Notes under the pieces: generated by a model
The model's database searches: none
What the model was told of the DNA's origin: nothing
The model's input: only the letters and a program-made list of their open reading frames with translations
Made by a program: the position numbers and the translations under genes
In this document: positions 1 through 11,215 of the stretch, piece after piece
Position numbering within the stretch: position 1 is the first letter of the stretch
How the letters are laid out: each line of letters opens with the position of its first letter
Assembly: GCA_048634345.1 (NCBI GenBank)
Contig: JAIWAP010000003.1
Span: 1-40,457, forward strand
DNA length: 40,457 nt
Origin: Methanobacteriota archaeon
GTDB lineage: Archaea; Halobacteriota; Methanosarcinia; Methanosarcinales; Methanogasteraceae
Reading direction: 5' to 3'

Positions 1-5
1 AAGAA

Positions 6-200
6 GTGGAATTGGTTCGGATAATCGGAGTGGTTCTGGTGATTGCAGGACTGTTATTCACCGCTTTGACCACAGTAAAAAGAGATGTCACGATCGAGTT
101 CGGGGTCTCTGAACGAACCATCAAATACGTGGGCGGAACCGGAATAATACTCATCGCGATAGGGGCGTACATGTTACTGAAATCAGCTACGTTTGTCTAA
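6..200 (+). CDS. Small two-TM membrane protein (hypothetical)
   Basis: 64-aa ORF with two hydrophobic stretches (IIGVVLVIAGLLFTALT; YVGGTGIILIAIGAYMLL). The start is uncertain at the window edge. Confidence 0.6.
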   Translation: MELVRIIGVVLVIAGLLFTALTTVKRDVTIEFGVSERTIKYVGGTGIILIAIGAYMLLKSATFV

Positions 201-252
201 ATTTGACGCAAATCATCCAAAATAACAATACAACGACACAAATTGATTATGG

Positions 253-2796
253 GTGGTGCAATCGATGGATATATCTAACAAGAACCCGTTTCGCCAGAGA
301 ATCTGCATTCTTTTAGTGCTGACGCTCTGCACAGGGCTATGTGCCGGAGTGGATACGAGACTCTCAAAGATAACACTGTCGGAGGGAGAATCCCATGATA
401 TAGGGGATGGCTACTCGATCACAGTCACCGAAATCGATCTGAGAGGAAACAAAGCCACGTTTGAACTGATCACGGATGGGCGGTCTGTTGATTCTACGAC
501 TGTATACCGCGGTGAGGGGTTCACGCTTAGTGGTCTGGAAAATTTTTATTTCGAAGCCACTCTGGATGTCATATTTGTCGGCACTGAAACGACACTGGTC
601 CAGTTGATCGGCAGCGAGAGTGGGTACCCGGCAGAGACCGGAGGTGAAGATACAACCGATACAACACCCCCGACCGTAACAGAAAAGAGCCCGACCGGCG
701 AAAATGTCCCGGTTGCGACGCGAATATCCATAACATTCAGTGAACCGATGAACATGGAATCGGTAGAAAATGCATTCTATATCTATGATTCTATGGGGAA
801 TAGAGTCTCTGGCAAGTTTAGCTGGGATGGTAACACGATAATCTTCTCACCGAGTTCCAATCTTGACTATAACACACGGTACTTTATATATCTCTCTGAT
901 AGTGCACATGATCTGGCGTACAATAGCTTATATTATGAGTGGAACTTCAGAACCGGACTGCCGAACAATCCCCCCAACACACCGAACCCCCCATCAGGAC
1001 CAAACACAGGGTACGCCGGGACATCCTACAGTTATTCGAGCTTCACCAAAGACCCTGATGGCGATCAGATACGATATACCTTCGACTGGGGCGATGGCAT
1101 TGCATCAGGGACCGAATTTGTGGATTCGGGCAGAAGTGCGAGCCAATCTCATGTCTGGGATGTGGAAGGGGAGTACAGCGTCAGGGTAATGGCTGATGAT
1201 AGCGAAGGCGGTGAATCGGGCTGGTCGCCTCCGCTGGTGGTCGCGATATCAGGGCACGCCCGCCCGACCGCCATAATATCGGCAAACCCGACTGTGATAA
1301 CCGAAGGCGAGCCCGTGTCGTTTGGCGCTGAAGGATCCAAGCCCGGTGATCCGGATGGTGAGATCATTTCTTATGATTGGGACTTTGGTGACGAATCTAC
1401 TGGCGCAGGGGTGAACGTGGAGCACACATACCCCCGCAGCGGGCGTTATACTGCCACGCTCACGGTAACAGACTACGAGAATGTATCTGCCACCGACTCA
1501 GTGGGTATAACCGTTGAACCCGCATCTGTTCTCTCGGTCTCAATCTCCACTGATTCCGTACCTTCGGGTGAATCGGGTGAGGTGCTCGTTTGGGTCACCT
1601 CAAACGGCGATCCCGTACAAGATGTCAGTATATATCTCTCAGCCACGACCGGTAGTCTCAATCCGGACGAGGGCATGACTGACCGCGAGGGTGAGTTCGC
1701 CTCTATCTTCACCGCGCCAATCGTGGATGCAACAGAACGATATACCATATACGCAGAAGCAGAGGTGGAAGGCATGAGCGGCGAGGGGTCGGAATCGGAT
1801 TTGATTGTGGTTGGACCAGATATACCACCAACCGCATACATGGATATATATCCAAATCCGGCAGAAGAGGGCGAGAGTGTGACGCTTGATGGCTGGGGTG
1901 AGGATGAGGGTGGTGAAGTGGTTGAGTGCCGATGGACGTTTCCTGACGGAAGCATACGCTCATATTATAGCGATTCATCAGAGCTAACACTCGAACCTGA
2001 TGAGGTTCAGGCGGGATTGTATCGTTTTGCAGTCAGGGATGATGATGGTCTCTGGTCAGAAACAGCCGATCTGGAATTACAGGTGACAGCGCCGCCCGAA
2101 AGTCCGACTTCCACGCCAACATCCGAAAAAAAAACCGATCCATTCTCACTCCCGGTCGCTGTTGCAGCAGTCGCAGCACTGGCAGCAGGTGCTCTATTAA
2201 TTCATATCGCGAGAAGACCGCCGGACGGAAACGGGAAGCCTGAGAAACAGCAATATGGCACGATATATGCAACCTCCGACCCTAAAGAAGCCATAGTTTC
2301 CCTGGATGTGTTAAATATCAAAGGAATATCACCAATAGAGGTGAATAACATCGCGGTAGGCACCCATATCGTTCTGTTTGCAAAATCCGGCTATTTTGGT
2401 TGCAAGAAGACGGCTATAGTCGTCGCCAACAAGAGAGTCAAGGTTCACTGCGACCTGACCGAGATACCCGAGATTAAACTGAAACTCACCCCGGATCCAG
2501 CCGAGATTTTGGCGGATGGCGAGTCAAAATCGACGATAACCATAGAGATTGTGGATAAAAAGGATAGGCAGATTCCGGTTCCAAGCGATGCAATGATCAG
2601 TCTGGAGACTGACAGCGGAGTGATCGACTCGCCTGTCAAGATACTCGCAGGCGATGCTTCTACCACGTCAATCCTGACCGCTTCCGAATCAAGCGGGACT
2701 GCTACAGTGAAAGCAGAACTTGAGGTGGTGTTGAAGCTAAAAGGCGAGACGACGGTTGAGTTTCTGGAACGAAAGACCAAGAGAGATAAGAAATAG
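253..2796 (+). CDS. Multidomain cell-surface protein: signal peptide, S-layer-like domain, Big_5 Ig, PKD repeats, Ig-like domains, internal TM, PEGA and invasin-like Big_1 domains
   Basis: N-terminal hydrophobic signal. TLSEGESHDIGDGYSITVTEIDLRGNKA resembles the Methanosarcinales S-layer domain. DTTPPTV...ISITFSEPMN is Big_5-like. YTFDWGDG and YDWDFGD...HTY...YTATLTVTD are PKD motifs. TM is LPVAVAAVAALAAGALLIHIARR. YGTIYATSDP...GTHIVLFAKSGY is PEGA-like. ILADGESKSTITIEIVD is Big_1-like. Confidence 0.85.
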   Translation: MVQSMDISNKNPFRQRICILLVLTLCTGLCAGVDTRLSKITLSEGESHDIGDGYSITVTEIDLRGNKATFELITDGRSVDSTTVYRGEGFTLSGLENFYFEATLDVIFVGTETTLVQLIGSESGYPAETGGEDTTDTTPPTVTEKSPTGENVPVATRISITFSEPMNMESVENAFYIYDSMGNRVSGKFSWDGNTIIFSPSSNLDYNTRYFIYLSDSAHDLAYNSLYYEWNFRTGLPNNPPNTPNPPSGPNTGYAGTSYSYSSFTKDPDGDQIRYTFDWGDGIASGTEFVDSGRSASQSHVWDVEGEYSVRVMADDSEGGESGWSPPLVVAISGHARPTAIISANPTVITEGEPVSFGAEGSKPGDPDGEIISYDWDFGDESTGAGVNVEHTYPRSGRYTATLTVTDYENVSATDSVGITVEPASVLSVSISTDSVPSGESGEVLVWVTSNGDPVQDVSIYLSATTGSLNPDEGMTDREGEFASIFTAPIVDATERYTIYAEAEVEGMSGEGSESDLIVVGPDIPPTAYMDIYPNPAEEGESVTLDGWGEDEGGEVVECRWTFPDGSIRSYYSDSSELTLEPDEVQAGLYRFAVRDDDGLWSETADLELQVTAPPESPTSTPTSEKKTDPFSLPVAVAAVAALAAGALLIHIARRPPDGNGKPEKQQYGTIYATSDPKEAIVSLDVLNIKGISPIEVNNIAVGTHIVLFAKSGYFGCKKTAIVVANKRVKVHCDLTEIPEIKLKLTPDPAEILADGESKSTITIEIVDKKDRQIPVPSDAMISLETDSGVIDSPVKILAGDASTTSILTASESSGTATVKAELEVVLKLKGETTVEFLERKTKRDKK

Positions 2797-3006
2797 GGGA
2801 CCGGGGGATGCGAAAGAATCGATGGCAGTCCCGGATTCGTGCTATTTGTCCGGGGCACATGCGTTCGTGATAGAATCTGCATCAGTGGGTGGCGACGCCA
2901 ATCATAAGTCCCCCGTATAATCCTCACGATCAGAAATAGCCCAACAATGGTTATCACAATCATCCATCCTTCCACCTTACCCTCTTTGGTAAACTTTGTC
3001 GATAAT

Positions 3007-3771
3007 AAAATAATCCCATGTCTTGATACGACCTTTGACGAGAGCGGTAAAGCCGTGGTTGTCAAGGGAATCGAATTTGAGAGCCTGTGGTATGCGGGCG
3101 ATCCGGTAGAACTTGCCAGACGGTACGCAATGGCAGAAAGCCGATGAACTGGTCTTCCTCGATATCTCAGCCTCGACCGATGACAGAGCCACGATGACCG
3201 ACGTGATCAGAAGGGTTGCAGACGTTGTCACGATCCCGTTCTGCGTCGGCGGCGGAATTGCGAGCTTCTCAGACTTTGAGCGGGTGCTTGGTGCGGGCGC
3301 AGACAAAGTCGGGATCAACACCGCAGCGGTCAAGAACCCGGAACTGATCAAGGAGGTTTCGGATGCATTCGGGTCTGATAAGATCGTCGTTGCGATCGAC
3401 TGCAAACGCAGGTTTGAGGAGGGCGATGGAAAGACGACAGTCGAGCTTGAAGACGGAACGCAGCATGGTACGACGTCGTCATATACGGCGGCAAAGAACT
3501 CACCGGAATCGACGCCACCCTGTGGGCGCAAAAGATGCAGGACCTTGGCGCTGGCGAGATACTGCTAACGAGCAAGGACCGGGACGGGACAAAGGACGGC
3601 TACGACATTCCTGTGACAAAAGCAATCGCTGAGGCGGTGGATATCCCAGTGATCGCATCAGGCGGCGTCGGGACGATGGATCACATCTATGACGCGTTTG
3701 TCAGCGGCGCGGACGCTTGTCTTGCAGCGAGTATATTCCACTACGAGACCTACACTGTGGGCGAGATCAAG
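3007..3771 (+). pseudogene. hisF: Imidazole glycerol phosphate synthase cyclase subunit, broken by two frameshifts and truncated at both ends
   Basis: KIIPCLD...VVKG...[10 protein letters not shown] is in frame 1; [12 protein letters not shown]...[12 protein letters not shown]...VVAIDCK is in frame 2; [10 protein letters not shown]...[21 protein letters not shown]...ASGG...ACLAASIFH is back in frame 1. There is a +1 shift near 3137-3139 and a -1 shift near 3461. No native start or native C-terminus is present. Confidence 0.9.
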
Positions 3772-3933
3772 GCTTCGCACCGTCCTGCCGACATGCAAAA
3801 CGTTTTCCGACGATGTTCGGGATTTAACACGTTATATACGTTTTGTGGTGGGGGTAACATGAGGGATTTCATGCTAAACGGTCTTGAAATTGACATGCCT
3901 CCGAATAATAGTGCATAATTAGAATTGCTACAC

Positions 3934-5485
<1,552 letters not shown>

Positions 5486-5490
5486 ATCAC

Positions 5491-6525
<1,035 letters not shown>

Positions 6526-6713
6526 TTAAAACCTTATTGGTGTGTGGTGTGCGATGTGTGATGTGCGTGGGATGTGGTGGTCAACCAACTCCCAATTCTT
6601 ATTTTAAAAATCAGTCCGGGCGGGGGCACACATAATCAGAATTGCCGGGCAAAAGTCTCCCGGTAACAGTAAATTATTTATTCCTTTGGTTATAACCCTT
6701 CTATTAAGGGTGT

Positions 6714-7805
6714 ATGGGGAGGCATATTTGCTTGAATAATCAGAAATCAATCAACGGGAACGTTGCGTTGCTCTGCGCTGTACTGATCGGAATCACGAAC
6801 ATCTATGTAGCGCCAATCTATGACGGCACATCCGGTTTTATGGTGCTGTTTGTGCTGATGGTGCTCACAGGGCTTGCCGTGCCGGTCATATACATGATCC
6901 CGAGCCACGCAGTCAAGTTTGCAGCATACATATTCCTTGGTTTTTCTGCATACTGGGCTGTGGGTGCTGCAATGAATCTCACGCATACCGGAGACATCTT
7001 TGACTCATTCCAGTTCCTACCGATAGTCATCTTTGCCATGGCAAACTCCATCGTCATTCTCATCGCAATCGTGGACGCGCCGAAGTACGGATATGGATTT
7101 GCAGGGGTGGGCGCTGCTATTGTGATATATAACGTCACAATGGCATGGAATCTGGACTTTGTTGGCAGTAAACCGGATATGCTGCTGTTAGCGCTCGTTC
7201 TGTGCTCATTGATACCATTACTCTGGTGCTATATGCTTGCAGGCACTGCAAGGAATCTCGTATTCTCTGCCACCAATCGATTCTATGCGACACTGAAAAC
7301 AGGAATCCTGACGCTTTCGGTCTTTATCATACTCGTTGCAACGATTGCGATCAGCAGGCTCCCGATCAACGAACTCTCTGATATAAGCGTCTTTCTCTCG
7401 ATGACCAGCGGAGAACTCCTGAAACTCTGCTGGTATTACCTCTTATCGCACGTTGTCTTCGGTGTGTTCGTTTTCTTCGCAAACCATCTGGTATTAAACG
7501 CGTTTGACATTGAAAAGACGATCACAGAGGATGGGGCGGTCATGTATCGCAGGTTGGCAGCCGAAGAGGATGGAGAGACGGGCGAAGAATCGGAAAATCC
7601 ATACAGCTCAATATTAAAGGGGATGAATAACTTTCAGGGTGAATTCAAGAAGGGGCAGTTGAATCGACTGGCGTGTGTGCAGGGAGTTGGTAAATTCAGG
7701 AATGAACTGGATTTACTCGTCTCAAAGTATGATTACGGATCAAGAGACGATGCCGAAGAATTGTTGCACCAAATAGAGCGGAATGTGGAGTTCTCATTCA
7801 AATAA
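6714..7805 (+). CDS. Polytopic membrane protein (about 8 TMs) with an acidic linker and a C-terminal soluble helical domain; function unknown
   Basis: Many hydrophobic segments over aa ~15-265, then EEDGETGEESEN and a soluble tail. Its stop abuts the ATG of the next gene (TAAATG). Confidence 0.8.
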   Translation: MGRHICLNNQKSINGNVALLCAVLIGITNIYVAPIYDGTSGFMVLFVLMVLTGLAVPVIYMIPSHAVKFAAYIFLGFSAYWAVGAAMNLTHTGDIFDSFQFLPIVIFAMANSIVILIAIVDAPKYGYGFAGVGAAIVIYNVTMAWNLDFVGSKPDMLLLALVLCSLIPLLWCYMLAGTARNLVFSATNRFYATLKTGILTLSVFIILVATIAISRLPINELSDISVFLSMTSGELLKLCWYYLLSHVVFGVFVFFANHLVLNAFDIEKTITEDGAVMYRRLAAEEDGETGEESENPYSSILKGMNNFQGEFKKGQLNRLACVQGVGKFRNELDLLVSKYDYGSRDDAEELLHQIERNVEFSFK

Positions 7806-8681
7806 ATGCTGACAACAGACGACTATCTCAAGATCCTTGAGACATGCACGATCAAAGGACACGATGACGCCATCGTACGGGCGCTACGGTACATTGATCT
7901 CGGTTATCCGATCATGTTGTACGGTCCTCCGGGTAACGGGAAAACAACGATCGCAGAACATCTTTTGACGTATCTTGGTGGTGGAAAGGACACGTTCTAC
8001 GAGATCGAGGGCACAGAAGGGATGAACGAGTACCATATCATCGGCGGATTTCATCCACTCTCGATGTCTGGCAACTCGGCGCTTGCAGAGCAGTTCGTGT
8101 ATAAGCACGGAATCGTCGCGCGAGCGATCTTTGACCACAAAAACCTCTTGATCGACGAGTTCACGCGTGCGCCGAGTTCTGCGTACTCAGGTCTCTTTCT
8201 GCTGCTCTCGCTCGGAAAACTGCCGCTCGAATACATGGAAACGACCATTACGAAGCCTGATGACTGGATATTGATCACGACCACGAATTTCGGAGACGAA
8301 GGAACTTATCGGCTCAGCAATGCACTGAAAAGGCGTTTTGTCCCGATAGACATCAGTTATCCGAGCAGTTCAACCGAGAGAACGCTGCTTGCTTCAATCA
8401 CCCCCGATCTTGATGAAAAAGTGGTCGAAGGCATACTCACGTTCGCAGATGAGACCAGAGCGATCTGGAAGAAGGATCGTGGGATTCCGCAGGGACTATC
8501 TACCGACGGAGTTATCAGAATGGCTCGGTACTGCGAGCTTTCCATGAAACAAGGCTCCGATCATGTCAGTGCGTTCATGGACGCCGCATTCCATCAGAGC
8601 ATGATCATTGCGGACGAGACCGACCCGCATTCGCTACATCGGGTGCAGGAACTGGCGATCTCGGTCGGAGACGCGCTGTGA
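7806..8681 (+). CDS. MoxR/CbbQ/GvpN-like AAA+ ATPase (AAA_5 type)
   Basis: Walker A GPPGNGKT, Walker B LLIDEFTRA, sensor I TTN, Arg finger ALKRRF, and the SYP motif. Confidence 0.9.
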   Translation: MLTTDDYLKILETCTIKGHDDAIVRALRYIDLGYPIMLYGPPGNGKTTIAEHLLTYLGGGKDTFYEIEGTEGMNEYHIIGGFHPLSMSGNSALAEQFVYKHGIVARAIFDHKNLLIDEFTRAPSSAYSGLFLLLSLGKLPLEYMETTITKPDDWILITTTNFGDEGTYRLSNALKRRFVPIDISYPSSSTERTLLASITPDLDEKVVEGILTFADETRAIWKKDRGIPQGLSTDGVIRMARYCELSMKQGSDHVSAFMDAAFHQSMIIADETDPHSLHRVQELAISVGDAL

Positions 8682-8697
8682 GGGTATATGCTCGGGA

Positions 8698-8729
8698 AAA
8701 TTGCGGATAAAATCGGTGTAAATCTGCGT
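8698..8729. repeat. 32-bp dispersed intergenic repeat, copy 1 (copy 2 at 17727-17758)
   Basis: aaattgcggataaaatcggtgtaaatctgcgt versus aaattgtggataaaatcggtgtaaatcggtgt: 29/32 identical, and both are preceded by ggtatat. Confidence 0.8.
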
Positions 8730-8758
8730 CTAAAGATCTTATCCATGAGAGATGGGGG

Positions 8759-9712
8759 ATGAAAATGCACCTCAACAACGTAGTAGACAACTCTACAGAT
8801 AATATCGTGGCAGATACACTGACATACTGCGCACAATTCCTTGAAAAGCGTAAGCCCCGAATTTACAGAAAGATAATCGACAATTGCAGGGATATAGGTA
8901 GTGATGTGCTCAAAAGAGATTATTATGTGCCACCGTCACTCGAACGGATGGCATACCAGCCGTACAGCGGTGCTGGCACCATTGCGGTCAATCGCACGCA
9001 GCAGGAGTTCTGCACCCGGGGGCGACAGATGGGGGCGGTCATTGGAAGATCGAGGGCGCGGAGCAAGCCTGCGCTGCATCTTGCAGTCGTGCTCGATAAC
9101 TCTGACCGGATGACTGCGTGGGCACAAGCCCGGATGCTCGGGCGCGAGGTGCCCGGCAAGGATGCACCATCCGCGTTTGCAAAGATCGCTGCGATCGCGC
9201 TGCTCGAAGCGACCTGCGCTGCAAAGACCAGATCGCTCATCACCTTCGGATCAGATGCCCGTGCAGATATCAATATCCACGGCGACATCGATTACGGGAC
9301 ATTGCTTGCGGCAGACGGCGCAGGATGCTGCAGACTCGATCTTGCGATTGCATCGCTGCTCCGTACAAGATGGGATCTTCAAAATGGCGAGCGACATTTG
9401 ATTATACTGACAGGCATGCCCCCTGAGACCGGCACCGGCGTGCTGCTCGACGATATCGGCGTACAGGAGGCGAGTCTGTTATACATGCGGCGGATGGTCA
9501 GGGAAGGCGTGCGGATACTGTATCTCCCGATACTCCCGCAGACGGAGCTTATCGATACAAGAATCGGAGCATATACGAGCAGAACCTTTGCCCAGCGCAT
9601 CCATGAGCTTAAAATCGCGGTCTCGGTGATCGGGCGGGCAGACACTTTTGTACCTGCGTTGCGTGGCGGTATCAAGCAGATGCTGCAGCAGAGTCTGAAT
9701 TTGGGGTGCTGA
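8759..9712 (+). CDS. VWA-like protein with a degenerate MIDAS motif; probable partner of the AAA ATPase
   Basis: LHLAVVLDNSDRM (DxSxS-like), LITFGSDA, RLDLAIA and HLIILTG follow the VWA strand order. It sits directly downstream of the MoxR-like gene. Confidence 0.7.
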   Translation: MKMHLNNVVDNSTDNIVADTLTYCAQFLEKRKPRIYRKIIDNCRDIGSDVLKRDYYVPPSLERMAYQPYSGAGTIAVNRTQQEFCTRGRQMGAVIGRSRARSKPALHLAVVLDNSDRMTAWAQARMLGREVPGKDAPSAFAKIAAIALLEATCAAKTRSLITFGSDARADINIHGDIDYGTLLAADGAGCCRLDLAIASLLRTRWDLQNGERHLIILTGMPPETGTGVLLDDIGVQEASLLYMRRMVREGVRILYLPILPQTELIDTRIGAYTSRTFAQRIHELKIAVSVIGRADTFVPALRGGIKQMLQQSLNLGC

Positions 9713-9829
9713 AGCGTTTGCAGTTAGTATGCACCAGGGTCCATACGTCAACTATTACGATCATCGACGGTGGAGGGAGTAAAACCTAATCTTGCTCCGG
9801 GAAAGAAAAGATGTGAAAGGAGATTAACA

Positions 9830-9988
9830 ATGAAAACAATAAAACAGGTTCGGAGGAGTTATTACATTGAGAATAATCTGCCTGCCGATGTTACCAAAAA
9901 CCATGGTTGGAAAATCGGGGGTGGCAGATGGCAGGCTATGGATCAAGACGTGCGAATCAAGACGGTGCTCGTAGCGGGGTGCAGATGA
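9830..9988 (+). CDS. Small hypothetical ORF (52 aa) or gene remnant
   Basis: A strong AAAGGAGA SD precedes ATG 9830 and the stop lies 4 nt before ogg. No recognisable motif. Confidence 0.35.
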   Translation: MKTIKQVRRSYYIENNLPADVTKNHGWKIGGGRWQAMDQDVRIKTVLVAGCR

Positions 9989-9992
9989 GACT

Positions 9993-10628
9993 ATGACTAT
10001 GAATAACTTACTACAAACCATCGAGCGCCATATGGTCGATGCAGAGTTGACCACACTGGTAGATACTCGCATAAAGGAGTTTGATGAACTCGGAGAGAAG
10101 TCGTGTGGCGAAATTTTTAAGGAGCTCTGCTTCTGCATAATGACCGCCAATTTTGCCGCCGAAAAGAGTATAGAAATTCAGGAAGCGATTGGGAATGGTT
10201 TTTTAACTCTTTTTGAACCGCAATTAGCAGATAAACTGAAAGAACTCGGTTATCGCTACCCAAATATCAGAGCAAAATATATTGTGGAGGCAAGAAGACA
10301 TAAAGATTCGTTAAAAGAGACCGTTGAGTCTTTTGACGACGAATATGAATCGAGAGAGTGGCTGGTTAAGAATGTGAAAGGGATTGGTTACAAAGAAGCG
10401 AGCCATTTTCTCAGGAATATCGGCTACAAAAATTCAGCGATCGTGGATTTTCACATAATCGATCTTTTGGCAAGGTGTGGGCTGATTGAAAAGCCAAAAA
10501 CGCTCACAAAAACGAAATATATGGAAATTGAAGAGTTGCTCGGGAAAATTGCGGCAGAAGCAAACATGAATCTGGCAGAACTGGATCTGTATCTCTGGCA
10601 TATCGAAACAGGGAAGGTGCTGAAGTGA
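9993..10628 (+). CDS. ogg: 8-oxoguanine DNA glycosylase/AP lyase (HhH family)
   Basis: ELCFCIMTAN, YRYPNIRAKYI, REWLVKNVKGIGYKEASHFLRNIG, AIVDFHI, and C-terminal LDLYLW..ETGKVLK. Confidence 0.93.
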   Translation: MTMNNLLQTIERHMVDAELTTLVDTRIKEFDELGEKSCGEIFKELCFCIMTANFAAEKSIEIQEAIGNGFLTLFEPQLADKLKELGYRYPNIRAKYIVEARRHKDSLKETVESFDDEYESREWLVKNVKGIGYKEASHFLRNIGYKNSAIVDFHIIDLLARCGLIEKPKTLTKTKYMEIEELLGKIAAEANMNLAELDLYLWHIETGKVLK

Positions 10629-10801
10629 ACATCGTTATCGAGCAGGACGGTATCGCTACCATGGCAGTCTTTGCAATGCGCACCCATGTCCCGCGTATAT
10701 GTCCATGCTTATATTGCATTTCAGGCATTTTGGCGGCATAATTTTAAGTACACTGCCGCGGATTCATGATCAACGCCAACAGTGACATAAGGAGACATAC
10801 T

Positions 10802-11185
10802 ATGAAGGAACAGACCGAAGTTCGGAATCTCAAAGAAGGCAGATATGTGATTATTGATGATGAAGTATGCGCGATCAAGGGTATTTCGAAATCGAAGCCC
10901 GGGAAGCATGGATCTGCCAAAGCGCGGGTCGATACCATCGGACTTTTTGACGGGCAGAAGCGATCGATCGTGCAGCCGGTATCAGCCAAGATATTCGTGC
11001 CGATCGTCGAGCGCAAGACCGCACAGGTCCTCTCGATTACAGGTAACGTTGCACAGTTGATGGATATGGCTGAGTACACCACATTCGAGCTTCCGATCCC
11101 TGAAGAGTTCCGTGATCGTGTTGCGGAGGGGGAGGATATCACATACATCACCGCAATGGGCAAGATGCGGCTTGATATGAGATAA
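10802..11185 (+). CDS. eif5a: Translation factor aIF5A
   Basis: Hypusine loop KSKPGKHGSAKAR; AGGAG SD before ATG 10802. Confidence 0.97.
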   Translation: MKEQTEVRNLKEGRYVIIDDEVCAIKGISKSKPGKHGSAKARVDTIGLFDGQKRSIVQPVSAKIFVPIVERKTAQVLSITGNVAQLMDMAEYTTFELPIPEEFRDRVAEGEDITYITAMGKMRLDMR

Positions 11186-11215
11186 TACGCAGTGTATAAT
11201 GCGTAATCTACAATA

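Noticed and set aside
3113-3568. Programmed frameshifting producing active HisF
   Set aside because: It would need two opposite shifts with no clear slippery sites, and both gene ends are also missing.
6538-6582. GT-rich gatgtg-type microrepeats upstream of mer (similar at 25655-25680 and 38630-38692)
   Set aside because: Short, irregular, low-complexity sequence with no conserved unit or spacing to support a function.
10625-10741. 38-aa ORF overlapping the ogg stop (MNIVIEQDG...), vaguely HicB-like
   Set aside because: The similarity covers only about 8 residues and no partner toxin is present.
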